Assembly: GCA_963848295.1 (NCBI GenBank)
Contig: CAWKDB010000010.1
Coordinates: forward strand, 2,688,001 to 2,752,000
From: an uncultured delta proteobacterium
GTDB lineage: Bacteria; Myxococcota_A; Polyangia; Haliangiales; Haliangiaceae
Length of the DNA: 64,000 nt
Direction of reading: 5' to 3'
The position numbers and the translations under genes are program-made. Below are positions 55,974-64,000 of the stretch, one piece after another; position 1 is the first letter of the stretch; each line of letters opens with the position of its first letter. The notes beneath the pieces were generated by a model. That model ran no database searches. It saw nothing but the letters and a program-made list of their open reading frames with translations, and was not told where the DNA came from.

Positions 55974-57095
55974 TTATGGGCGATTCGAGAAGTGCTGGAC
56001 CGGGAACGGATCGGCGGTCTCGCGCGTGTTGAGCTCGTTGTCATCGGGCAGCGGCTGGACCGGGATCCCGAGCGCCATCAACCCGGCGACGTCGTTGTAG
56101 CGCAGCTCCGCGATCGCGATCGGGCGATCCGTCGCACGCACGAACCGGGTCCACTGCGCGGCCGAGTAGCGCTGCTCGCCGAACTGCGTGCCGAGGCCGA
56201 GCCGACCGGTCGACGGCGCCTCGTCCTTCGCGACCTCGTCATCGCCACCGTAGTCCGCGGCGGTCGCACGACCGGCGTGATACGCGCCGCCTGCGCCTTG
56301 CCCGTTCGCGGCCGGAGCGGCCGTCACCGTCGGAGCCGGCGCCATCTTCTCCGCCGGTTCGTACCCGCGCGGCGGCGGCGGGGGAGCCGGCTGGTCAGCC
56401 GACGCGGTCGTCTTGTCGGCGTCGTAGTGATGGCCGCTGCCCTTGGCGGCGCCGCCGTTGGTGTACGTCGGCGCGGTACCGCGGCGGCTGTCGAGATCAT
56501 CTTTGTAGTCGTAGTGATGGTTCGGGTCTTTCGCCGACGCGTCGACGTTGACATCGTCGGGGGCGACCATCTGCGGTTGACCCTGCTCTTCGAAGATCGC
56601 GACCGCGATCACGCCGACGTTGCGCGCCTTGCCCTTCTGGCCGGCGTACGAGCCGTCGACCGACGAGAATCGGAACGTCGCGACGTTGTCGGTCGAGGTG
56701 CGAAAGCCTTCGATCCGGGTCTCGCCGTACGCCGGCACGACATAGCCGCGCTTGTGGAGGTCGCCGTCTTCGCCATCGATGACGTCGAGACCATCGACCG
56801 TGACGACCGCCTCGACGCGGTTCGGCGTCGGGTTCGTCACGCGGATCGTGTAGCGCTCGCTCGCGCTGCCCTGGACGTAGAACCGATCCTTGAACGCGTA
56901 CGTCGGCTCGGTCGAGCCGTCTTCGCGGATGACCTGGACGTCGTAAGGCGCGCGGACCTTCGCGTTCGCGATCGCGAGCGCGGTGCGCGGTGCGGCGATC
57001 TGCTGACCGGGCGGGCCGGGGTTGAGATCGGCGTAGGCCGACGAGCAAGCGGCGGCGAACAGGAGCGACGCGAGGACGGTGCGGAGGCTCGACAT
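55974..57095 (-). CDS. Secreted conserved hypothetical protein
   Basis: Signal peptide; ERYTIRVTN, VDGLDVIDG, RGYVV, GVIAVAIFEE, LGTQFGE. Confidence 0.75.
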   Translation of the reverse strand: MSSLRTVLASLLFAAACSSAYADLNPGPPGQQIAAPRTALAIANAKVRAPYDVQVIREDGSTEPTYAFKDRFYVQGSASERYTIRVTNPTPNRVEAVVTVDGLDVIDGEDGDLHKRGYVVPAYGETRIEGFRTSTDNVATFRFSSVDGSYAGQKGKARNVGVIAVAIFEEQGQPQMVAPDDVNVDASAKDPNHHYDYKDDLDSRRGTAPTYTNGGAAKGSGHHYDADKTTASADQPAPPPPPRGYEPAEKMAPAPTVTAAPAANGQGAGGAYHAGRATAADYGGDDEVAKDEAPSTGRLGLGTQFGEQRYSAAQWTRFVRATDRPIAIAELRYNDVAGLMALGIPVQPLPDDNELNTRETADPFPVQHFSNRP

Positions 57096-57190
57096 GGGTC
57101 ATGAAGACGCACGAGCTAGCCGCTTCGATCTAAGACGATTGGGGCTGTGATCTCGACTAGATAGCCGGCGCCGTGTGTATAGTGCCCGAC

Positions 57191-57853
57191 ATGGCGCCGA
57201 AGCAAGCTCGGGGTAAGTCCAAGCCGGCGCGCGGCTCGATCGAACCGCGCCGCCCTTCGGCGGTGCGTGGCTCGGCCAAGCCGACGAAAGCCGCGCGCAG
57301 GGGGCCACCCGACGTCGTGCTGTCCGATCCGACGTTGTTCGACCCGTTGACCCCGGGCGAGACCGCCGATGCGCTGCGCACGCTCACCGAGGATCGCCGC
57401 GTCGCCACGATGGCGAAGGTCGGCCGCTACCGCGTGATCTGCACCGAGCCGCTCGTCGTCAAGCCGCCGCACTGGATGGCCGGACATCGGCTCGCGCGCG
57501 TCGTCGCATACGACTACGCGTCGGATCGCGCGGTCGATGCGTGCGTCGATCTCGATGCCGGCGTCGTCGCGCACCTCGAGCTGACTCGAGCGCAGCCGAT
57601 GTTGTCGCGCGAAGAAGAAGCGCTCGCCGTTTCGATCGCGACGCTCGACGAGCGCGTGCGCGATCGCCTGCAGCTCGGCGATGCGCCGCAGGCGACGATG
57701 CATCATTGGGGACGCCTCCCCGGCGATCTCGCGTTCGAGCGCCGCTCCGCCGCGGTCGTGTTCGGTCGCAACGATGGCCACGCGACGTTGATCGCGGTCG
57801 TCGATCTCCTCGATCAGATGGTGACGCAGGTCGTCCCCGCCGGGATGTGGTGA
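57191..57853 (+). CDS. Protein resembling copper amine oxidase N-terminal (N2/N3) domains
   Basis: DPLTPGET..A and QPMLSREE..A match the starts of CuAO N2 and N3 domains; TATAGT 7 nt upstream. Confidence 0.6.
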   Translation: MAPKQARGKSKPARGSIEPRRPSAVRGSAKPTKAARRGPPDVVLSDPTLFDPLTPGETADALRTLTEDRRVATMAKVGRYRVICTEPLVVKPPHWMAGHRLARVVAYDYASDRAVDACVDLDAGVVAHLELTRAQPMLSREEEALAVSIATLDERVRDRLQLGDAPQATMHHWGRLPGDLAFERRSAAVVFGRNDGHATLIAVVDLLDQMVTQVVPAGMW

Positions 57854-57856
57854 GCG

Positions 57857-58661
57857 ATGAGTAACCAGATCTCCGAAGCGAACTGGAAGTTCAACTGGCG
57901 GCTCACCGAGTCCGCCGGGATCATGATCTACCTCGCCGACTTCAAGGGCCGGCGCGTGTTGTGGGAAGGCTCGCTGCCGTTCGTCACCGTCGATCATCAG
58001 CACGAGACGCTCGATGTCGACAGCGATCCGGGCGAGGTCCACGGCCCGTGGTGGGTGCCGCTCGGCGCTCGCACGTTGAACGGCCCGGTCCGCGTCCAGT
58101 CGTTCCGCGGCGGCGTCGAGCTGTCGGCGAGCTTCGCGGCGGGGCCGTATCACTACACCCAGCTGTGGCGGTTCCACGACGACGGTCGGATCTCGCCGTG
58201 GCTGACGATCTTCGGGCCCGGCGTGCACGACCAGCACACGTATCACCCGCACTTCCGGTTCGACTTCGATCTCGACGGCGCGCGCGACGATGCGTTCGAG
58301 CGCTACGAAGACGGCCGCTGGCAGCGCGTCGAGCACGAGGGCTGGTTTCCGTATTCCGGCGAGGCCGACGATCACGGCAACGTGTGGCGCCAGGTCGATT
58401 TCGGCTCGCGCGCGGCGATCAACATCCGGCCCGCACACCTGGGACGACGCCGAGATGTTCGCGATCCGCTATCACGACGGCGAATGGGCGCCGTTCTCGC
58501 CGCGCAGCGCCGCGGGCAGCCAGCCGTTTCCAGCCGCGTACGTCGGCGACGAGCCGCTCGACGGCGATGACGTCACGCTGTGGTACGTCGCGCACGTCCA
58601 CTTCGATCAATCGTTTCCGTACACCGCGGGTCCGTGGATCCGCGTCGAGTGGCCGAAGTAA
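57857..58661 (+). CDS. Miniature copper amine oxidase-like catalytic domain, about 267 aa; +1 frameshift near 58430
   Basis: NWKF, GRRVL..SL, GPYHY..WRF..DGRI, HPHFRFDFDLDG, DDVTLWY..H.H. Confidence 0.7.
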
Positions 58662-58673
58662 TCAGCGCGTCGC
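58640..58673. repeat. 34-bp direct repeat, left copy
   Basis: CCGCGTCGAGTGGCCGAAGTAATCAGCGCGTCGC, identical to 59268-59301. Confidence 0.95.
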
Positions 58674-58730
58674 CGGGCTCGCGAGGGTGGCTGTGGATCG
58701 GCCTGTCGCGGAGGTGCTATGGTTGTATTG

Positions 58731-58958
58731 ATGCTGGTCATCAAGACCACCGTTCGCAACGGGCGGATCGTCGTCGACGAGCCGACGAGCCTCCCGGACG
58801 GTCGCGAGGTCGAGCTGTGCGTCGTGAACGACGACGGCATGAAGGAAGACGAGCGCGCTCGGTTGCACGCCTCGATCGCCCGCGGTCTTGCAGATGGCCG
58901 CGCCGGTCGCGAGGCCGACCTCGGAGCGTTTCTGGATCAGCTCGACGACGAATCGTGA
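58731..58958 (+). CDS. Putative antitoxin
   Basis: Small acidic ORF (VRNGRIVVDEPTSLPDG..., SIARGLAD.RAGR) GTGA-coupled to the toxin; alternative ATG at 58719. Confidence 0.75.
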   Translation: MLVIKTTVRNGRIVVDEPTSLPDGREVELCVVNDDGMKEDERARLHASIARGLADGRAGREADLGAFLDQLDDES

Positions 58959-59260
58959 AGGTCGTCCTGACCGAGGAAGCGCAGCGCCAGGCGCGCGCCG
59001 AGCGGCGGTGGTGGCGCGAGCACCGCGACGCCAAGCAGCTGTTCACCGCCGAACTGCGTAACGCGCGCGAGCTGCTCGCCAACGCGCCGAAGCACGAGGT
59101 CTACGGCTCCTTCGACGGCCAGCCCGTTCGGCGGTTGTTACTGGCGAAGACGCGTTGCCATGTCTACTACTACGTCGTCGAGCGCGAGCAGCTGGTCCGC
59201 ATCGTCGCCATCTGGGGCTCGACTCGCGGTTCGGACCCGAGCAAGGTCGAGCCGCGGTGA
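58955..59260 (+). CDS. RelE/ParE-family toxin
   Basis: MKVVLTEEA..., basic, VRRLLL..HVYY......VRIVAIW. Confidence 0.8.
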   Translation: MKVVLTEEAQRQARAERRWWREHRDAKQLFTAELRNARELLANAPKHEVYGSFDGQPVRRLLLAKTRCHVYYYVVEREQLVRIVAIWGSTRGSDPSKVEPR

Positions 59261-59267
59261 GCGCGCC

Positions 59268-59301
59268 CCGCGTCGAGTGGCCGAAGTAATCAGCGCGTCG
59301 C
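59268..59301. repeat. 34-bp direct repeat, right copy
   Basis: Identical to 58640-58673. Confidence 0.95.
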
Positions 59302-59947
59302 GTCGAACGCGGCCGAGTGCAGCCCGAACATCACCGCGATCGCGCGGTCGTCCGGATCGATCAGATCGACGCGGCCCTGCACGGCGACCGTGACGAACGG
59401 CGTGAGCCACACGCTCGCTCGGGCGCGAGCATCGATGACGCCATCGAGGTCGATGTCGGCCGGGCCCTGACTCGCGTCGAGCGCGAACACGCGTAGGCCA
59501 CCCGCGAGATCGCCGCCGAGCATGAAGCGCCCGAACGTGATCTGCTTGCCGATCGCGAGCGTGTTGCGCAAGAACGTGCCGGTCGCCGCGCTCGCTGGAC
59601 CGGTCATGTCGAGCGCGAGCACGAAGTCGTCTGCGAAGTACCAGACCGTGCGGCAGCCCGAGGTGCCAGCCGAATTCGAGGCCGCGGCCGTCGAGCTCTC
59701 CGGCCATCGGCGATCCCGTCGCGGTCCGCGCAGCCACGGGCATCGACGCCAGCGCACCTTCGACCATCGCGCGATCGGCGGTGATCGTCGTGATCCCGAG
59801 GTCGAGGCCGAGCGAGATCGGCAGTCGCCACATCCCGAACCGATGACAGTGGCGATAGCCGACGACCTTCGAGACTTCGTGACAGCTCGAGTGCGCCTCG
59901 GCGAGGTGCGGCACGAGCAGCGCGAGGACGAGCAATGCAGCCTTCAT
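59290..59947 (-). CDS. Putative small outer-membrane beta-barrel protein, module copy 1; frameshift near 59645
   Basis: MKAALLVLALLVPHLAEA signal; CHEV..VVGY..C.RFGMW; DARA...WLTP; AFDATR. Confidence 0.7.
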
Positions 59948-60411
59948 GGCGGACCTCCGCGCACACAGCCAGCGCTGGGCGGTGGCCGCGCCCGGCTCGA
60001 TCGCGCCGATGTCGACGCAGACCTCCGCGAACTGCGCCGCCGGCGTATCGCGACCGTCGCGATATTCGATGAGCTCCTGGCCGTGGCCGAGCGCGAGGAT
60101 CAGGCGCGACCGCGATCTCTTGGCCCGGATCGTACGGACGGAGCGGGACCTCGCCGCCATCGAGCCCGCGCGCGACGACCGGCAGGTTCGCGAGGTCGAC
60201 GTTCACGCGATGCTCGCAGCGATTGCCGAACGTGTAGCCGATCGACCGGGCCCATCGTGTAGCCCTGGTCGTCGCGGGTCACCGCGAGATCGAGGCAGCT
60301 CGTCGTCGCGCGTTGGCCGGGAAAACGGATCCGCCACAGGTAGTCAAACGAGCCGGCGTGGTAGCCGCAGCCGGCGACGAGCGCGACGGCGAGCGCGAGC
60401 GGGCGAGTCAT
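59944..60411 (-). CDS. Lipoprotein, module copy 1; several frameshifts
   Basis: VAGC.Y..GSF, GQR...CLD, FGNRCEH, VDLA, VCVD, W.C spread over several frames. Confidence 0.65.
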
Positions 60412-60501
60412 GCTCGACATGATCGCTACGATCGCGCCGCGACTTGCTAAGGCCGCGTGAAGGCTTCGTGGCTCAGGAAGTCTTAACGGTCGCGCCCGCG
60501 G

Positions 60502-61143
60502 TCAGCGCGTCGCGTCGAACGCGCGCAAGTGCGCGCCGAACATGACCGCGACCGCGGCGTCGTGACTGTCGAGCAGATCGACGCGGCCCTGGACGCCGAG
60601 CGTGATCCACGGCGTCAGCCAGACATCGGCCTGCGCGCGTGCATCGATGACGCCGTCGAGCGCGACCTGATCGTGCGCGACCGCGCCGGGCGGCGCGAAG
60701 TCGGTGAACCGAAACCCGCCGGCGAGATCGCCGCCGATCGTGAGTCGCCCGAACGTGTGCTGCATGCCGACGCCGAAGTCATCGCGACCGGTCGCGACGC
60801 TATCGCCGGTCAGCGGATCCGTGATCCCGAGCGCGAGCGTCAAGTCGTTGCTGACGTACCAGCCGTGCGGCAGCGAGAACCGATAGCCGAACATGAAGCC
60901 GTGCGCGTCGAGTGACCCGGACACCGGTTCCCCGGTCGCCTCGCGCGCGATCGCCATCCCGGTCGGCCGCTCGACCGCGAGCGTCGTGATCCCGAGCTCG
61001 AGCGACATCGATATCGGCACCGACCACATGCCGAACCGCCCGCAGCGGGGATAACCGACCACCTTCGCGACCTCGTGGCAGGTCGGCTCCGCCTCGGCGA
61101 GCTGCGGCACGAGCAGCGCGACGACGACCACCGCCGCCTTCAT
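60502..61143 (-). CDS. Putative small outer-membrane beta-barrel protein, module copy 2
   Basis: Signal peptide; CHEVAKVVGYPRCGRFGMW; amphipathic strands; ATGA coupling. Confidence 0.78.
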   Translation of the reverse strand: MKAAVVVVALLVPQLAEAEPTCHEVAKVVGYPRCGRFGMWSVPISMSLELGITTLAVERPTGMAIAREATGEPVSGSLDAHGFMFGYRFSLPHGWYVSNDLTLALGITDPLTGDSVATGRDDFGVGMQHTFGRLTIGGDLAGGFRFTDFAPPGAVAHDQVALDGVIDARAQADVWLTPWITLGVQGRVDLLDSHDAAVAVMFGAHLRAFDATR

Positions 61144-61604
61144 CGCGGACCTCCGACGCACACCCAGCGTTCGCTGCGCCGGCTCTCCGGCTCGAGCGCG
61201 CCGACATCGACGCAGACATCTGCGGTGTGCGCCGCGGGCGTGCCGGCCGAGTCGCGATACTCGATCTCCTCCTGACCTTCGCCGAGCGCGACGATCGCCG
61301 CGGGCCGGAGCTCGGCGTCCGGATCGTACGCGTGCAACGGCGTGACCGCGCCATCGATCCCGCGAGCGACGACGCGCAGGTTCGCGAGGTCGACCATCAC
61401 GCGGTGCTCGCAGCGATTGCCGAACGTGTAGTCGATCACCGGCCCGAGCGTGTAGCCCTGATCATCGCGGCCGACGCCGAGATCGAGACACGCACCGGCG
61501 ACGCGTTGACCGACGAACGGATGCCAGTAGTAGTCGAACGAGCTCGGCTTGTAGCTACAGCCGGCGACGACGAGCGGGGCGAGCCAGATAAGTCGATGAG
61601 CCAT
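61140..61604 (-). CDS. Lipoprotein, module copy 2
   Basis: VAGCSYKPSSF, GQR..ACLD, FGNRCEH, VCVDV, WVC. Confidence 0.8.
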   Translation of the reverse strand: MAHRLIWLAPLVVAGCSYKPSSFDYYWHPFVGQRVAGACLDLGVGRDDQGYTLGPVIDYTFGNRCEHRVMVDLANLRVVARGIDGAVTPLHAYDPDAELRPAAIVALGEGQEEIEYRDSAGTPAAHTADVCVDVGALEPESRRSERWVCVGGPR

Positions 61605-61957
61605 GACTCATGTTGGCCCGCTCGCGGATCAAAGCCACGACGCTCGGGAAATACTATCGGCCGTAAATATTAAGCGCGTTAACATCGCGTGCGCGCGAGT
61701 GTGAAGCGCGAAACATGTCGCTCTGTCGACGTCGAGCTGCGCCATCAGAATTTGCGCCAGCCGTCGCTGAAGACGCCGTGCCGGTAGACCCGAGCGTTAT
61801 ACGCGTCGATCGCGTCACGATTATCGGCGAGCCAAGCCCCGCGGTCCGCCGTGCGGATCGCGACCTCTTCGCGCGCCCACCAGGTCGGCTCTCACCGACA
61901 GATCGATCGGCGTCTTCATACGCATCATCATAATATGCGCAGGCTCTCCGGGGATGC

Positions 61958-62632
61958 TCAACGATCGCGCCCGAACGCGCGGGTATGCAGCGCGAAGTAC
62001 AAGCCGCTCGACCAGCTGCCCGCGTCGATCACGCTCGCGCCCGCGTCCGCGCCGACCGCGATCCACGGGTTCAGCCATAGCTCGCCGCGAACGCGCGCTT
62101 CGACGATGGGAACCGCGAGGCCCGTCGCGGCGGTCGCGGGATCGAACGAGACAACGCCCACACCGCCCTCGAGCTCGACCGACAACGACGCGCGGCCGGC
62201 GCGATGCCGCACACCGAGCACGCCGCCGAGCCCGACGTACGTATACGGATCCGGCGTCGTCGAGCCGCCCGACACGATGCCATCGACCGACGTCTCGATC
62301 GCGAAGTACAGATGATGCGGCAGGCCGACACCGAGTCGATCGGTGGCGCCGATCGCGAGCAAGCCAGTGCGGCGCCCCCCGGACGTCATGCCCGCGGTGC
62401 GAGCGGCGGGCGCGAACGGCACGTCGAGCTCGAGGTGCCTGACCTCCGTGCCGAGCTCGATGATCAGGTCCGGGAACCGCGCGCTGATCGACCAGACGCC
62501 AAACGGATTGCACGCCGAGAACCCGACGACCTCGCATGGGCACCGCGGCCCGACCGCGAACCCGCCGTTATCGGCACGAGCCGCGCCGGCGATCGCCGCG
62601 AGCCCGCTCGCGATGGCGACAGCGCGAATCAC
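61958..62632 (-). CDS. Putative small outer-membrane beta-barrel protein, module copy 3
   Basis: GTG start overlapping the upstream stop; CPCEVVGFSACNPFGVW; EAR...WLNPW; HTRAFG. Confidence 0.75.
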   Translation of the reverse strand: MIRAVAIASGLAAIAGAARADNGGFAVGPRCPCEVVGFSACNPFGVWSISARFPDLIIELGTEVRHLELDVPFAPAARTAGMTSGGRRTGLLAIGATDRLGVGLPHHLYFAIETSVDGIVSGGSTTPDPYTYVGLGGVLGVRHRAGRASLSVELEGGVGVVSFDPATAATGLAVPIVEARVRGELWLNPWIAVGADAGASVIDAGSWSSGLYFALHTRAFGRDR

Positions 62633-63078
62633 GGCGTCACCGCCAGGCGGCCATCGCCGAAGCACATCCATTGCGCAGCCGTCGCGTGCGCGATCGGCGC
62701 GACGTCGACGCACACCGCAGCGAGCTCGCCCGGCCCGGCGTCGTACGCGATCACCTCGCGCCCGGCCATTCGACCGTCGATCGGCAGCGCGCGCAGCTCG
62801 TTCCGGAGATCGACCGGCGCCATCGCGAGCTCACGACCATCGCCGGTCCGGCCAACCACGTGCACCGCGGCGAGATCGACGACGGTCGGATGATCGCAAC
62901 GATTGCCGAAGTCGTACTCGAGCTCGGCGATCCCATCGCGCTCGCTCCGCCCGGCGACCGAAACATCGAGGCAGCCCAGCGTCGCGCGCTGCCCCGGGAA
63001 ATCGATGGCGAGCCGGCGGAACGATCCGGGCTGGTAGGCACAACCGGTGATCGCGACGAGCGAGACGACGCAGCGCAT
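62629..63078 (-). CDS. Lipoprotein, module copy 3
   Basis: ITGCAYQPGSF, GQRATLGCLD, FGNRCDH, VCVDV, WMC. Confidence 0.8.
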   Translation of the reverse strand: MRCVVSLVAITGCAYQPGSFRRLAIDFPGQRATLGCLDVSVAGRSERDGIAELEYDFGNRCDHPTVVDLAAVHVVGRTGDGRELAMAPVDLRNELRALPIDGRMAGREVIAYDAGPGELAAVCVDVAPIAHATAAQWMCFGDGRLAVTP

Positions 63079-63089
63079 ACCCGCCGCAT

Positions 63090-63105
63090 AGCAAGACGTC
63101 GGCCG
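63090..63105 (-). promoter_or_regulatory. Putative sigma-54 -24/-12 promoter
   Basis: CGGCCGACGTCTTGCT (GG-N10-GC) just upstream of the ATG at 63078. Confidence 0.4.
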
Positions 63106-63237
63106 ACCGCGAACCGCTCGATTGCCGTGCGATGGCGCGGACCTGCCTCATCGTGCCGCGTCGCTGACGCAACACCGTCATCGGGTTGCAACAACGTCGC
63201 GCTTGCGGTGCGCAGCGCCGAGCATGATGGTCCGGCG

Positions 63238-64000
63238 ATGCCGCGTTTGTCCGTCGTCCTGGTCCTCGCCGCGTGTACGTCGAAGACCACGGCGCTGCCC
63301 GACGCACCTCCTCCCGTTCCGGTCGCGACCGGCGCGGTCGGTGCCTGGCAAACCGCGCCCGCGCTGCCGATCGCGCGCGCGAACCTGTGCGCCGCCTCGA
63401 TCGACAACTGGGTGCTCGCGATCGGCGGCAACCACGCCGATGCCGCCGGCGACTTCGTCAAGACCGCCGAGATCGACGCGGCTCAGCTCTCCGACGACGG
63501 CACCCTCGGGCCGTGGCAAGTCGCGGGCATGCTGCCGAGCCCGGTCAGCGAATGCGTCGCGACGAGCGATAGCAATCATCTCTACGTGATCGACGGCCTG
63601 TACGACGACGCCGCCGACGCCGGCCAGGTCTTCACCGCCGACCTCGACGCGACCGGCCACCTCGGCACGCTGACCTCCGCCGGCACCCTGCCGAGCGGCG
63701 ATGTCGTGATCTCGCAGAGCGCGTTCGTCCGCGACGGCACCCTCGCCGTGATGAACCCCGAGCTCGCCGACCCCGGCTCCGCCACCGACCCCGCGAACAC
63801 CGTGCAGACGATCCGCACCGCGATGACCGCGCCGTTCGCGTGGAGCGTCGACGGCTGGAACATCACGTGGCGCGACCAAGCGCAGTACGCCTTCGCCGAC
63901 GGCTTCGCCTACGTCATTGGCGGCTACGGCGAAGACGACGCGAACACCGTCACGACCGACGTCTACATGGCGCCGATCGGCGCGAGCGCCGCGATCGGTG
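63238..64000 (+). CDS. Kelch-repeat lipoprotein, partial (runs off the window)
   Basis: MPRLSVVLVLAAC; W.TAPALP.AR, LAIGG, LYVIDG, YVIGG; absent from the ORF track because no stop falls in the window. Confidence 0.8.
   Translation, partial: MPRLSVVLVLAACTSKTTALPDAPPPVPVATGAVGAWQTAPALPIARANLCAASIDNWVLAIGGNHADAAGDFVKTAEIDAAQLSDDGTLGPWQVAGMLPSPVSECVATSDSNHLYVIDGLYDDAADAGQVFTADLDATGHLGTLTSAGTLPSGDVVISQSAFVRDGTLAVMNPELADPGSATDPANTVQTIRTAMTAPFAWSVDGWNITWRDQAQYAFADGFAYVIGGYGEDDANTVTTDVYMAPIGASAAIG

Noticed and set aside
61605..61957. Small ORF (61715-61933) or ncRNA in the AT-richer gap
   Set aside because: Atypical codon usage, no motif and no convincing structure; treated as intergenic.

Overview
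GC-rich, gene-dense bacterial DNA whose gene content (Hanks kinases, PEGA, AgmX/PglI-type and TonB C-terminal domains, many lipoproteins, an ECF/FecR-VIT-vWA system) points to Myxococcota; this assignment is inferred. It holds about 65 CDS; I saw no rRNA, tRNA, CRISPR array, transposase or integrase. Recognisable genes include PBP1A, IHF-beta, DauA/SulP, YjbQ, acyl-CoA carboxylase beta, a TonB-dependent receptor, a family 2A encapsulin with its cysteine desulfurase cargo, a LytS/LytTR pair, an orphan amino-methyltransferase and a RelE/ParE toxin-antitoxin pair. Several genes carry extra-base frameshifts that look like sequencing errors. Main leads: (1) a split, miniaturised copper-amine-oxidase-like gene pair with an altered TPQ motif; (2) gene cassettes bracketed by duplicated 3' ends of neighbouring genes, including a perfect 34-bp repeat around the toxin-antitoxin pair; (3) a REP/MITE-like repeat family with strand-asymmetric C depletion in its flanks; (4) a CxxCH helical protein coupled to LytS/LytTR with AlgR-like boxes, upstream of the encapsulin operon; (5) a triplicated lipoprotein plus beta-barrel module of unknown function.
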